NCBI GenBank assembly: GCA_965261595.1
Contig: CBDHDG010000002.1
Span: 224,001-288,000, forward strand
Direction: 5' to 3'
DNA length: 64,000 nt
Origin: a bacterium
GTDB lineage: Bacteria; UBA8248; JACPRG01; G963555815
This document shows, piece by piece, positions 1 through 11,000 of the stretch (its first letter is position 1; every line of letters begins with the position of its first letter). Under the pieces are notes generated by a model. It did not search any database. It saw nothing but the letters and a program-made list of their open reading frames with translations, and was not told the DNA's origin. Position numbers and translations under genes: made by a program.

Positions 1-117
1 TGAAGCTCGCACGAGTCATCGGAATTCACTGAAGGATCGGAAGACTATCCCGGGTTGCGGCTCTTTTGTTTCTGCCTTTACCACGTTGAAGACTCCTCCA
101 ACGTCCTGACCGAGTGG

Positions 118-150
118 TGACCTGCCCCCCCCTTTTTGTGCGACAGTCGA
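118..150. mobile_element. Possible orphan IS3-family terminal inverted repeat
   Basis: TGACCTGCCCCC start resembles IS3/IS407-type termini; no partner end or transposase nearby in the window. Confidence 0.3.
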
Positions 151-219
151 TGTGAATCCTTCAGATGAGAACCCCGCGCGTTCCCGATAAACGGAGCGGG
201 GGGTACCTCAGTTAGGCTT

Positions 220-711
220 CTATCGCCTGATTCTCACGGGACCATTCTCCGTTGTAAATCTCATCCGTTGACATCGATCTCGTTTGCCCTTTCTGGTCTG
301 GTAGCGGAAATTAGCTCCGCCGCATCCGAAAGCCGGCCCCCCGATATTGGCGGGAGCGGGGGCGCCCGCCGCGCAGATATCACGCCCGCTTCTCATCTCC
401 CTCCCCCGCCTGCTCGTCAATGGAGGGCATTGAGGTTTTTTCGCTGAAGTGCTGCCCCATCTTCCTGTCGTCTTCGAGCATTCGAGTGTGACTCTCTTGG
501 AGCTGTATGCGAGGGTGTCGTTGACCTCCGTGATCGGCCCGACGATCCGGACGTTCCACCCCCTGTCGCAGTAGGCATAGGGTTTCTTGGCCCCGCCGAA
601 CGAAACGCGTCCCTTGAACCGGTTGGGGTGGTTTCGCCCGACGCTCATTGCGGCGTTCGGCACAAACAAAAGAGCCGATAGGAGGATGAAAATTATCTTC
701 TTCATGTTCAT
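220..711 (-). CDS. Small secreted, basic, Cys-containing hypothetical protein
   Basis: 163-aa ORF, Sec-type signal (MKKIIFILLSALLFVPNAA), 6 Cys, Arg/Gly-rich, GGAG RBS upstream. Confidence 0.7.
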   Translation of the reverse strand: MNMKKIIFILLSALLFVPNAAMSVGRNHPNRFKGRVSFGGAKKPYAYCDRGWNVRIVGPITEVNDTLAYSSKRVTLECSKTTGRWGSTSAKKPQCPPLTSRRGREMRSGRDICAAGAPAPANIGGPAFGCGGANFRYQTRKGKRDRCQRMRFTTENGPVRIRR

Positions 712-835
712 CTCCGCGTTCGTAGGGGTGTTGTAAGGTGACTTGCCTCCCTAAAGTTGCACCACAGGCCATCGCCGGTTATTTGAGCAAAGGCATCGGG
801 TCAGGTCTACTAAGGGGGTCACTTTGTAGTTGACA

Positions 836-955
836 TGTCATTCTGAGCAGAGCGAAGAATCTCGTATTGTTGTTGTACCGATTGTCGGATTTCTCTACGC
901 GAAAGGCCACGGCGAGATCCCTCGTCGGAACCTAAAGGTCCCTCTGTCGGGATGA
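836..955. repeat. TGTCATTCTGAG...GAATCTC-type intergenic palindromic repeat
   Basis: TGTCATTCTGAGCAGAGCGAAGAATCTC plus degenerate opposite arm GAGATCCCTCG...GGATGAAA; related copies at ~18745-18857 and ~49505-49616. Confidence 0.55.
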
Positions 956-1043
956 AATTCCGAGCCGACCGGCTGAAGATCCACCCCTAGAATGAATTGG
1001 CAAACGAGATCCCGCGTTGTTTTCCGGACTCAGTCGAGACTGT

Positions 1044-2480
1044 TTAGTCAAGACTGCGGTGGAGGTATTGTCCGCTCGGCTCCCCGACCATGTCGCCCTT
1101 CTCCATGACAACCTGTCCGCGGAGCATCGTCATGACCGGCCAGCCGGTGAGCTCCCTTCCCTCGAAGACGCAGAAGTCCGACGCCGTGTGAAGGTCCTTG
1201 CCCCGGACCGTCCGCTTCTCGTTCAGGTCGACCAGGACGAGGTCGGCGTCCGAGCCGACCTGGACGGCCCCCTTCCGGGGATAGAGGTGGAGCGCCTTCG
1301 CCACGTTTTCCGAGGTCACCTGGGCGATCCGCTCGATGGTGAGGCGGCCCTTGTTCACGCCCTCGCTGAGGAGCAGGGGCAGGAGGGTCGCGCTTCCCGT
1401 CATCCCCGAGGCGGACTGCCACACGTCTTCCTCGTTTACGATCTCTTCCCGGAAACCGGGGACGTGGTCCGTGCCGACGCACTGGATGTCGCCCGCCGCC
1501 AGTCCCGCCCACAGGGCGTCCGCGTTGGCCTCGTCGCGGATGGGCGGATGGTTGACGGCCCTCGCGCCGGGAAACGGCCAGTCGTTCTTTGAGATGGTCA
1601 GGTATTGCGTGCAGACCTCGGCCGTCATGTTCGTCCCTTCCGACCGGACCTTCTTGACCATTTCGAGCCCCATGGCCGAGTTCAGGTGGACGGCGTAGAC
1701 GTGGCAGCCGAGAAGCTTCGCGAAGAACCCGACCTTCAGGATGTCCACGGCTTCGAGATAGTCCGGCGAGGCTTCCTCCCAGGCCGCGAGGTCCTTCTTG
1801 CCGGCCGCCTTGACGCGTTCCTGGAGGATGCGGACCACCTGGCGGTTCTCGGCGTGGAAGGGCGCGACGCCCCCGATCTTGGCCACCGCCTCCAGGCCCA
1901 GGAAGAGGGTCCCGTCATCCCATGTGGTGGGGAGGCCGATCCGCGAGGACCAATGGGTGGCCTTGGCGTAGCCGAGATAAAACTTGAAGGAGGTGACGCC
2001 GCATTCCTCGGCGTAGAGGGGAATCTCCCTGGCGTGGTCGTCCGAGACGATGGCGAAGGTCAGGGCCATGTCCACGAAAGCCCGGTCGTTGATGATGTCC
2101 CGGGCCCGGGGGAAGACCTCGGCGAACGAGACCACGTCCTCCGGGTCCACGTATTTCTTGTAGGGCTGACCCAGGCGGGTGCTCTTGACGATCCCGACCA
2201 TCGTTGTGACGCCCCCGGCGGCGGCGCTGCGGGTCTCGGAGGCCACGTCGTCCTCGAACGGCCGGTAGGGGCCCGGGTGGGTGTGGGGATCGATGACGCC
2301 GGGGAGGAGATAATTCCCGCCCCCGTCGATGGTTTTCCGCGCGGGCGGAAGACGGCTCTCCTCGCCGATGGCCGCGATCCGGCCCTGGTCGATGGCGACG
2401 CCCGCATCCTTCAGGATGCCGGATGGCGTAACGACCCGTGCGTTCCGGATAACCGCGTCCACTTCCGGGTTGTTCGTCAT
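1044..2480 (-). CDS. Cyclic amidohydrolase (dihydroorotase/dihydropyrimidinase/allantoinase family)
   Basis: PGVIDPHTH, AAAGGVTT, SFKFY (carbamylated Lys), FHAEN, VHL, GTDH, GSDADLV motifs. Confidence 0.9.
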   Translation of the reverse strand: MTNNPEVDAVIRNARVVTPSGILKDAGVAIDQGRIAAIGEESRLPPARKTIDGGGNYLLPGVIDPHTHPGPYRPFEDDVASETRSAAAGGVTTMVGIVKSTRLGQPYKKYVDPEDVVSFAEVFPRARDIINDRAFVDMALTFAIVSDDHAREIPLYAEECGVTSFKFYLGYAKATHWSSRIGLPTTWDDGTLFLGLEAVAKIGGVAPFHAENRQVVRILQERVKAAGKKDLAAWEEASPDYLEAVDILKVGFFAKLLGCHVYAVHLNSAMGLEMVKKVRSEGTNMTAEVCTQYLTISKNDWPFPGARAVNHPPIRDEANADALWAGLAAGDIQCVGTDHVPGFREEIVNEEDVWQSASGMTGSATLLPLLLSEGVNKGRLTIERIAQVTSENVAKALHLYPRKGAVQVGSDADLVLVDLNEKRTVRGKDLHTASDFCVFEGRELTGWPVMTMLRGQVVMEKGDMVGEPSGQYLHRSLD

Positions 2481-2489
2481 GGTTCGTCC

Positions 2490-2957
2490 TCAAGCAAAGG
2501 TGTGGGCGTCTTTGATGGCCTGGATGATCTCGTGGTACGTCGTGCAGCGGCAGATGTTCCCGGCCATGTACTCGCGGATCTCGGCTTCCGAGGGCTTGGG
2601 GTTCTCCTCGAGCAGGGCGGACGCCATCATGATCATCCCGGGCGTGCAGAAGGCGCATTGGAAGGCGCTGTGCTTCAGAAACGACTTCTGAAGAGGGTGA
2701 AGGTCGCCGTCCGGGGCGATCCCCTCCAGGGTCGTCACCTCCTTGCCCTCGGCGTAGCGCGCCAGGGTGATGCAGGACGCGATGGCCTCGCCGTCCAGCA
2801 GGACTGTGCAGGCCCCGCAGGCGCCCAGGCCGCACGTCTCCTTGGTGGCCTCGAGGCCGAGGTCGTTCCGCAGGGCGTCCAGGAGGAGTCTGTGGTCCGG
2901 GACGGTGATCTCATGGGTCTTTCCGTTCACCGAAAGCTGTAGGGGTCGTCCGTTCAT
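2490..2957 (-). CDS. Mo-hydroxylase small 2Fe-2S subunit (CoxS/CutS-like)
   Basis: CGLGACGAC...SC and QCAFC...NICRC cluster motifs. Confidence 0.93.
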   Translation of the reverse strand: MNGRPLQLSVNGKTHEITVPDHRLLLDALRNDLGLEATKETCGLGACGACTVLLDGEAIASCITLARYAEGKEVTTLEGIAPDGDLHPLQKSFLKHSAFQCAFCTPGMIMMASALLEENPKPSEAEIREYMAGNICRCTTYHEIIQAIKDAHTFA

Positions 2958-5302
2958 GAAACCGGTTCTCCCGCTTTTTCGCGTAGCAGCGCCAGGATGG
3001 ACTCCGGGGTCATGGGTAGATGTTTCGGCCGGATCCCGGTGGCGTGGAAGATGGCGTTGGCGATGGCCGGGGCCGTCGCGCCGATGGAGGATTCGCCCAC
3101 CCCCTTGGCCCCGAAAGGTCCGTTCCGGTGGGGGTTCTCGACCATGAACGACCTGAAGCGATCGGGCGTTTCCATGAAGGAGGGCAGGGCGTAATCGAGC
3201 AGGTTGGGGTTTGTCGGCTGGCCGTTGTCGAACTTGAGCTCTTCATAGAAGGTCTGGCCGATCCCCTGGGCGGCGGCCCCGCCGATTTGCCCCAGGCAAT
3301 GGACCGGGTGGATGGCCCGGCCTACGTCCACGGTGCTCACGAAATCGAGGATCTTCACCTCTCCCGTATCGGTGTCGACCTCGACCTCGGCCGCGCAGGC
3401 CCCGACGAACCAGAAGGCCGTGGTGGTGTCGGCCTGGCCCGTCTCCGGGTCGAGCTTCCCCCCCTCGGTTTTCATCACCCCCCGGCCCAGGATGTTGCCG
3501 CCCTTTGTATTGAAGTGGCCCTGGACCAGCTCCTCGACCGTCAGGCCCCGTTCCGGGTTTCCGCGGACGGCGATCCGCCCCTCGACGATTTCGAGGTCAT
3601 CCGCGCTCGCCTCGAGCATCTCGGCCGCAATCTCGATGAGCTGGTTGCGGGCGTCGATGGCCGCCATCTGGACGGCTGTCCCCATGTGGAAGGTGGAGCG
3701 GCTCGAGCTGGTCGTCAGGTCGTAGGGGGTCACGTCCGTATCAGGCTGGGCCCGGGAGATGACGGAGAGCGGGACGCCCATCTCCTCGGCCACGATCTGG
3801 GAGAGAAGCGTATCGGCCCCCTGGCCCATCTCGATGGTGCTCGAAAGCAGGGAGACCGTGCCGTCCTCGTTCACCTTGATGAAGGCCGAGGAGGTCGAAG
3901 GGGTGAGGGTGCTCTTGATGATGCAGGCGAGGCCTTTGCCCCGGGCCTTGCCGGACGAGGCGGGGCCGCACGGCTTTCCCCAGCCGATGGCCTCGCCGGT
4001 CTTCTCCAGAACGGCTTTGAACCCGACGCTGTGGAGCTTCGCGCCGGTGGCGAAGATGGTCCCCTCCTCGACGACGTTCTTTTGCCGGATCTCCAGCGGG
4101 TCCATCCCCAGGGACTGGGCGATGTCGTCCATTTGGGATTCGAAGGCCCAGGCCACCTTGGGGACGCCGAACCCCCGAAAGGCCCCGCCGGGCGGCTTGT
4201 TGGTGTAGACGCAATAGGAATCCACGTGGATGTTGGGGATCTTGTAGGGACCCGCCGATACGTATCCGCCGTTCTTGACGACGCGGGGGGAGATGTCGCA
4301 ATACGCCCCGATGTCCCAGTGGATGGTCACCCGGCGGGCGTGCAGGCCGCCGTCCTTCTTGACCGCCGTCCGCAGGTTCACCCAGGCCCCGTTCTTCGTC
4401 ACCGTATAAAAGACCTCTTCCCGGGTCAGCTCGAGGCGCACGGCCTTCCCCGACTTCCTGGCCAGCATCGCCACGACGGGCTCGAGCTTGGGGTAGGTCT
4501 TGCTTCCGTACCCGGAGCCCAGATGAGGGACGATGATCCGGACCTTTGTCACGGGAATCTTGAACAGGTTCGACATGACGGTTCGGACGGTGAAGGGATT
4601 CTGCGTGCCGTCCCACAGGGTCAGCTTCCCGTTGTGGTCCCACTGGCCGATGCAGACGTGGGGCTCCATCGCCATGTGCTGGGTCGTGGGGCAGTAGTAG
4701 TCGTCCTCGAAGACCTCGTCCCCGTCGCTGAAGCCCTGGTCGACGTCGCCGCGGCGGAGCTTGAAGTGGTAGCCGATGTTCGAGTTCGGGATGCTGTTCA
4801 GGGTGGACAGGTCGCCGTAAGAGCGCTTGGGCTTGCGGAACTCGTCGTGGAGGATGGGCGCCCCTTCCGCCGCGGCCTCCCGGGAATCGAGGACGGAGGG
4901 CAGCTCCTCGTACTCCACGTCGATCAGCTCCAGGGCCTCCTCGGCGGTCTCCACGTCGTCGGCCGCCACGGCGGCCACAACGTCTCCGACGAAGCGCACC
5001 TTGTCGATGGCGACGATGGACTGATCGAGCAGGGCCACGCCGTAGTAGGGGTCGATGTCCTCGCGGCCCGTGATGTCGTCCCGCGTGAGGACGGCGGCGA
5101 CCCCGGGCAGCCGCTCGGCGCGCGAGGCGTCCACCTTCAGGAGCCGGGCGTGGGGCAGGCGGCTTCTCAGAACCTTGGCGTGGATCATCCCCGATGTCTT
5201 GATGTTGATGGAGTAGGGGGAGAGACCCCGCACCTTCTCGACGCCGTCCAGCCGGGGCGGGGAGGCGCCCACGACCGTGAAGGGATTTGTTTTGGTTGCC
5301 AC
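2954..5302 (-). CDS. Xanthine-dehydrogenase-family molybdopterin-binding large subunit (CoxL/CutL-like)
   Basis: Likely GTG start at 5302 overlapping the upstream stop; MEPH, GSGYGSK, GAFRGFG, EMGQG, GAKGVGE motifs. Confidence 0.92.
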   Translation of the reverse strand: MATKTNPFTVVGASPPRLDGVEKVRGLSPYSINIKTSGMIHAKVLRSRLPHARLLKVDASRAERLPGVAAVLTRDDITGREDIDPYYGVALLDQSIVAIDKVRFVGDVVAAVAADDVETAEEALELIDVEYEELPSVLDSREAAAEGAPILHDEFRKPKRSYGDLSTLNSIPNSNIGYHFKLRRGDVDQGFSDGDEVFEDDYYCPTTQHMAMEPHVCIGQWDHNGKLTLWDGTQNPFTVRTVMSNLFKIPVTKVRIIVPHLGSGYGSKTYPKLEPVVAMLARKSGKAVRLELTREEVFYTVTKNGAWVNLRTAVKKDGGLHARRVTIHWDIGAYCDISPRVVKNGGYVSAGPYKIPNIHVDSYCVYTNKPPGGAFRGFGVPKVAWAFESQMDDIAQSLGMDPLEIRQKNVVEEGTIFATGAKLHSVGFKAVLEKTGEAIGWGKPCGPASSGKARGKGLACIIKSTLTPSTSSAFIKVNEDGTVSLLSSTIEMGQGADTLLSQIVAEEMGVPLSVISRAQPDTDVTPYDLTTSSSRSTFHMGTAVQMAAIDARNQLIEIAAEMLEASADDLEIVEGRIAVRGNPERGLTVEELVQGHFNTKGGNILGRGVMKTEGGKLDPETGQADTTTAFWFVGACAAEVEVDTDTGEVKILDFVSTVDVGRAIHPVHCLGQIGGAAAQGIGQTFYEELKFDNGQPTNPNLLDYALPSFMETPDRFRSFMVENPHRNGPFGAKGVGESSIGATAPAIANAIFHATGIRPKHLPMTPESILALLREKAGEPVS

Positions 5303-6186
5303 TATCCGTCTCCTTGCTTCGCGGGCCAAACCCGCTCCAGGGCGCGGCGGACGTAGACCTTCGTCAGGTCCTTCTTGTACCAGGCTGAGGCCCGGCCGTC
5401 GTCCATCGGCTCGACGCGGGAGGCGACGTATTCCCCGATTTCCCGGAAGAGGGCGTCCGTGCCCGATTTTCCGCGGGCCAAATCCGCGACGCCCGGGATC
5501 TCCCGGATCCTGGATTCCACCGACCCCATGACGATCCGGAGGCCGGCCGCTTCCCCGTTCCCGCTCCCCTGGGCGAATGCGGCGACCCCGAGGGCCGGCC
5601 AGTCCGTCGAGGTGGCGGTTGTGTGCTTGAGATAGGCCGCCCGGAGGTCCCGGGGCGGGTCGGGGATGATCACCTCGAGGGCCAACTCCCCCGGTTTGAG
5701 GGCGGTTTCCAGGTAGTCGACGAAAAAATCCTCCATCGGGATGGTCCGCCCGTTGGACGGGCTCCCGGGCCCGGCGCAGCGTAGGGCCGCCCCGAGGCCG
5801 ACCAGGACCGGGGCCGCGTCGGAATGGGGATCTCCGTGGCAGATCTCGCCGCCGAGGGTCCCCATGTTGCGGATGCGCACGTTTCCGACGAGATGCTCGG
5901 TCTCCGCGAACACGGGACACCGCTCCCTCACGAGGGGGGCGTTCTCGATTGTCCGGTGCGTCACCAGACAGCCGATTCGCAGACCGGTCCCCTCTTCGTA
6001 AGTGACGTGTCGCAGCTCATCGAGTTTTCGCAGGCTGATGATCCGTTTGGGCCGGGCGATGCGCTGCTTGATGAGGATCATCAGGGCGACGCCGCCCGCC
6101 ATGACGGGGACGTCCTCGCCCTCCCGCGCCATCACGTCCAGCGCCTCTTCCAGACCCTCCGGTTCTATCATCTCGAATCGACTCAT
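5302..6186 (-). CDS. Mo-hydroxylase FAD-binding medium subunit (CoxM/CutM-like)
   Basis: ATG at 6186 with GAGGAG RBS; AGGVAL, IRNMGTLGGEI, SDAAP, DDGRASAWYK motifs. Confidence 0.9.
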   Translation of the reverse strand: MSRFEMIEPEGLEEALDVMAREGEDVPVMAGGVALMILIKQRIARPKRIISLRKLDELRHVTYEEGTGLRIGCLVTHRTIENAPLVRERCPVFAETEHLVGNVRIRNMGTLGGEICHGDPHSDAAPVLVGLGAALRCAGPGSPSNGRTIPMEDFFVDYLETALKPGELALEVIIPDPPRDLRAAYLKHTTATSTDWPALGVAAFAQGSGNGEAAGLRIVMGSVESRIREIPGVADLARGKSGTDALFREIGEYVASRVEPMDDGRASAWYKKDLTKVYVRRALERVWPAKQGDG

Positions 6187-6798
6187 CGGCTCCTCGGGTT
6201 TTAGTGTGTTCTCAGGACGGTCCAGACCGAAACGGTCCAGACCGGAATGTTCCGGACCGGGACGGCTCGGCCGCCTTTTGAAGTTCTTCTTCCGGGAGAC
6301 GGCCTTTCCCCGATCGAAGCCCCGCCAGCGGGAATTCCGCCGGCCGCCTCTCCGCGATGGTCCAAAAGGCACCTTATCCCTTGTTCGGCTTGGCGGTGAT
6401 TCTAGGGGAGGCGGCCTGTTGTGTCAACAACAGCCTCGCGAATGTACACATTGCCTGGGTCTTCAGACAGGGCCGCACCCACAATTCTGACAAAGGATAA
6501 GGAAGGTCAGCCATGTTTTTTGGCGAGAAATTCAGCTTGAGGTCCTACTCATTGACTGCCCCCCCCCTCCCCCCTCTCCCCCATGAGGGCCATGACCCGC
6601 GCGCGGGAGAGGCCTCCCGCTTCCTTGTGAGTCCCCTTGTAGCTGTTTCCATGCCGATCGGTTTCGCGCTCTGGGATGGGAGCAGGAGGGATCGCAACGG
6701 CCAGAAGGCCGTGACGACCTGGTACAAGCTGCGGATCCAATAGAGAAGAGCTTTCTCTTTTGGAGGCTTGGACCAAAGAAACGCGCTGAAGAACATTC

Positions 6799-6827
6799 TG
6801 AGACACACTTGAGACAGTCATGAGATA
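6799..6827 (+). promoter_or_regulatory. Candidate upstream activator sequence for a sigma-54 activator
   Basis: TGAGACA (6799), TGAGACA (6810), TGAGATA (6821): three copies at exact 11-bp spacing, 100-130 bp upstream of the -24/-12 element. Confidence 0.5.
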
Positions 6828-6883
6828 TGGATCTGCCTCAAATGACACGAGCCCATGAACTGCCGAGAATCTCCAATGTGATA

Positions 6884-6896
6884 TAATGGGTTGATT
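6884..6896 (-). promoter_or_regulatory. IHF site
   Basis: Reverse complement AATCAACCCATTA matches WATCAANNNNTTR, between UAS and sigma-54 promoter. Confidence 0.55.
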
Positions 6897-6925
6897 ATTG
6901 TTCGGTTATAGGCGCTTCCCATTTC

Positions 6926-6941
6926 TGGCACGACGATTGCT
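6926..6941 (+). promoter_or_regulatory. Sigma-54 (-24/-12) promoter
   Basis: TGGCACGACGATTGCT = TGGCAC-N5-TTGCW, ~80 bp upstream of the ATG at 7020. Confidence 0.8.
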
Positions 6942-7019
6942 CTTAATGTCTTGGTGACATCAATATTCCAGTTCAAACAGAAATAATATGGGTCCTATTC
7001 ATAAAGATGGATTTGGAGG

Positions 7020-7877
7020 ATGGGGAGCATGAAGGTCCAAGGGAGGGCGAACCGAATCAGTGTTCGGCCGGCGGGATTCATCCTGGGAATGATCTTCATG
7101 GCGGGCGTTGCCGCCGGTGAAGCGCCGGCCCGGACCGAAGAGGTGTTTGTTTACGACATCAGCTTCCTTTTCTTCCGGAATGCCGCGGAAGGGACCCTCA
7201 CCCTCCGATACCTTCCCGGCCGCGATCTCTACGAGGGCGTTCTCCGGGCGAAGACCAAGGGTTTCATCGGTTTTTTGAGTCTCGCCCGCAAAGACACCTA
7301 TCGATCATTGATGCGCCTGTCCGAGGATGGGAAAAGGCTGATCCCCATACAGTTCTCCAAACAGGTCAGCATGTGGGGATACCAGGGCTCCAGCACAACG
7401 AATTTGGATTACAACCTCGGGATTATCTGGTGGAATTCGACCGAGAAGACAGGCGGCGAGACCACGCGGGAAATCAAGGCCCATCCCATTCCCGAAGGCG
7501 TCGTGTACGAAGACTTCATCTCCGCCTTTTTCAACCTGCGAAGGGGCGCCTAGGGACCCATCGAGCCGGGGCGGCGATATACGCTTCGGGCCCTGCCCAC
7601 CCGGCAGGCCTTCAAGAAGGGCGGCAACAAATCTCAGACCTTCTCCATCAAAGTCCGCCAATCGAATGCCGGGGACGCCCCCGGGAAGGTGGTTTCGATC
7701 AACGTCCCCAAAGATCTTTTCGGCCAGCGGGTCGGGGACATCCAGTTTCACCTGGAAGAAAATCTGACGCCGTCCCGGATCCTGGTCGAGAATGTTCTGC
7801 TCTTCGGCGACATGAAGGACAAGCTGCGCACCCACCGCGTCGCCGGAGAGCGGCGACTGGCCGCACAGCTTCGCTGA
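7020..7877 (+). pseudogene. Exported DUF3108-like protein interrupted by one in-frame TAG
   Basis: Signal peptide, YDISFLFF..A.G.L and D..SAFFNLR.G motifs; TAG at 7551-7553, same frame continues open (GPIEPG...LLFGDMK) to TGA at 7877. Confidence 0.6.
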
Positions 7878-7970
7878 GGAAACCAACGGGACGCTTCCAG
7901 GGAGGTTTTTCGGAGGTTACCCCACGGTGTTCTGTTGGAAGAACACTGGCCTCCCTCCCACACCGGCAAG

Positions 7971-8001
7971 ACGGGCGCCCATTCGGCGCCCGTTTCGTTT
8001 T
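7971..8001 (+). terminator. Intrinsic terminator between convergent genes
   Basis: ACGGGCGCC-CATTC-GGCGCCCGT stem followed by TTCGTTTT. Confidence 0.7.
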
Positions 8002-8023
8002 GGACGCGCGGAGAGGATAGCGG

Positions 8024-11000
8024 CTATTTTCCGGGATCCGGCCCGAGCTTTGACAGGCGCCGGTAAAACGTGGCCCGGCTGATCCCGAGAAGACGCGCGG
8101 CGGCGGTGCGATTCCCTTTGGCGGCCTCCAGGGCGTTTCGCAACCGCTGGTCTTCGTCCTCCCCCTCTTCCCGCCCCCCCTCCAGGTTGAGGTCCGCCCC
8201 CGGCAGGGGCGCTGAGGACATCGGGGGCTGCGATCCGGATGGCGCGAGGAGCTCGGGCGGCAGGTCTTCACTGTGGATCACCGAGCCCTTGCATCGGACG
8301 ACGGCGAACTCGACCGCGTTTTGCAGCTCGCGGACGTTGCCGGGCCAGGAGTATTCCAAAAACCTGCTCATGGCCTCGACCCCCACATCCTGAATCGGCT
8401 TGGCGGTCGCCGCGCTGCATTGGCGGATGAACAACTCGACAAGGAGCGGGATGTCCTCGCGGCGCTCATGGAGGGGAGGGAGAAGAATCCGGGCGACGCG
8501 GATTCGGTAGAGGAGGTCGGCGCGGAAGGCCCCCTTGGCGACTTCCGCGTCCAGGTCCCATTGCGTCGCGGCGAGGACGCGGACGTCGATCTTTCGCTCC
8601 TTGGATTCGCCGACCCGGGTGATTTCCCTTTCCTGAAAGGACCCGCAGCAGGCGGGTCTGCACGCCGGCCGGAACGTCTCCGATTTCATCCAGAAAAATG
8701 GTTCCCCGGTTGGCGGTTTCGAACAGGCCGTGGTGGTCTTCCGTCGCCCCGGTGAACGCGCCCCGTTTGTGGCCGAACAACTGGCTTTCCAGCAGGGATT
8801 CGGTCAGGCCGGCGCAATTCACGGCGATGAACGGGCCGTCCTTCCGGTGGCCGGAGTCATGAATGGCCCGCGCGACCATCTCTTTGCCCGTTCCCGTTTT
8901 CCCCTCGATGAGGACGGTGAAGTCCACCTTCGCGACTTCCTGTATCCGCTGATACACGAGGTTCATCGACCGGCTTTTCCCCACGAGGTCCTGGAATTTC
9001 GCCTTCTCGTCCAGAAGCCGCCGCAGGTCTTCCACTTCCGAGATGTCGTACAGGAAGAAGATCTTCCGCTGCGGATCGCGCGGGTGGTCCTTCACATCGA
9101 CGTCAATCCGGTAGCGCCGCCCCCCGCGGGCCTCGATATTCAGGGAGATCCGGGCGCGTTCCGCCGAGGGGAGGGCGAACATGTCCTTGATCCGTGATTT
9201 GTCTTCTTCCTTGAAGGGGAAGACCGTTTCCCAATGCTTTCCCAGGACTTCTTCGGGGCCTTTCCGGAACAGATCCTGGCCGACCTGACTGAGAAACGTA
9301 ATCCCTCCATCCGCATCGGTCATCGCGGTGCCGAGACGAAGCTGATTGAGGATGGAGAGGATGTCGTCGTGGCTTTTCTCGATCTGGGCGAGCATCTCCT
9401 CGAGTTTTTGCTGCGCTTCGAGGCGCTCGGTGATGTCCCGGTAGATTCCGGTGACCTGAACTTGGTCCTCCACCTCGGCGATGGACAGAGAGACCTCGAG
9501 CGGGAAGGTGGATCCGCCTGAGCGCAGGCCCTCCATGATGTGGGTCCGCCCGAGGGGGCCGGGTTCTTTGGATTCGATCGCGCGGGTCACGAACTGGAGA
9601 TATTCCTCGCGGGAGGACTCGGTGAGCAGCTCGCCGATGGCCATTCGCCGGGCTTCGGTTTCCGAATACCCGAAGGCGCCGCGGGCGGAGGAGTTGAAGA
9701 AGGTGACCTTCCCGGCGGCATCGGTCAGGATCACGCCGTCGGTGGCCGTTTCCGCCAGCACCTGGTAACGCTCCGCGGAAGTGGCCGCCAGCCTGTCGTG
9801 CAGCCAGGCGTTCCGAACGGCCGTCGCCGCCTGGTCGGTAAAGGAGGAGAGCAGGTCGATCTCCTCCCGGGTCCACGCGTGGACCTCCTCGGTGAAGCAA
9901 TCCAAGACCCCAAGGAGGTGATCTCCCGCCAGCAGCGGAATCCCGATGTACGCGCCGAGGGGCTTTCCACGGCTCCAGGGCATCTCCATCCATCGGGCGT
10001 CTCCTCTCGCGTCCGGCAGGGCCAGGATCTCCCGATGCCGGGCCACCCAGCCGGCCAGCCCCTCGCCGACCTTCAGCGCGGCGGCCTCTTCAGCGCCGTC
10101 TCCCCCGGAGGAGGGGTTCACGGGTTTCAGAATTCCCCCCCCTTGCGCTCCCGATTGGACGGATCAGGTAGACGTCCGTGTGAACGCCGCTCACGAGCTC
10201 TCTGGAGGCGTCCTGGATGTTTCCCAGGACTTCCCCCATGTTCAGGACCGACGTCAGCTTCCGGTTGATCTGGTTGAGATTGGCGATCTGGGCGGACTTG
10301 CGTTTCGCTTCATCGAAAGAGCGGGCGTTGTCCAAAGCAACGGCGACCTGCGCGGACAGCGCTTCCATGATCTCGATGTCGGCCTGTGAAAACCGGTCCG
10401 GGACCTTGGAAACGCAATGCAGGACGCCGACCGCCTCTTCATGGGAAAAAAGAGGAACCCCGATATAGGCGTGAATCCCTTCCGTGCGCGCCCACTCGGC
10501 CTCCCTCGATTCCGTCCCTTGAATATCACCTTCCAGGACGGGTTTCCCCCCGCGGAGGACCGCGCCGCTGAGCGTTTCCTCCATCGGACGGCTGGGCGGA
10601 CCCGCGCGCGACGCTCCGATGCCGGCGGTGGCCTGGCTTTCGAGGCGGTCTCCCCCCGGCTTCGACAACAAGAGCTCGGAGAGATCCCCGCCGAGGAGCT
10701 TCGTCGTCGCCTCGACGACCGAGGTGAGCACGCCGTTGGGGTCCAGAGTGGAGGAGATCTGGCGGCTGAGGTCTTGAAGGACGGCCATCCGCTCGACGAG
10801 GGGGACCAGGGCCTCGTTCTGGGTCCGCAGCCAGCCCCTGGCCGCCCCCACGTAAAATCCAACGGCCCCCAGCAAATAGGAGCTGAGAATCGTCAGGATC
10901 ACATAGAACGAGCCATAAATCCGGACTTCATTGAGGAGGAAATCGGGAAAGGGCAACTTGCCCCGAGGGGCAAAGAGATAACCCAGGAGGGATATCACCA

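Noticed and set aside
16..84. 22-codon minus-strand ORF with strong RBS
   Set aside because: Too short and at the window edge; cannot be assessed
811..990. MITE bounded by CTAA/CTAG
   Set aside because: Terminal inverted match too weak to support
2954..6186. Aerobic CO dehydrogenase or 4-hydroxybenzoyl-CoA reductase
   Set aside because: No AYxCSFR loop in the large subunit and no Cys-rich 4Fe-4S insert in the FAD subunit
6513..6848. Short ORFs of 76-99 aa in the intergenic region
   Set aside because: No motifs, mutually overlapping, and they cover the putative sigma-54 regulatory region
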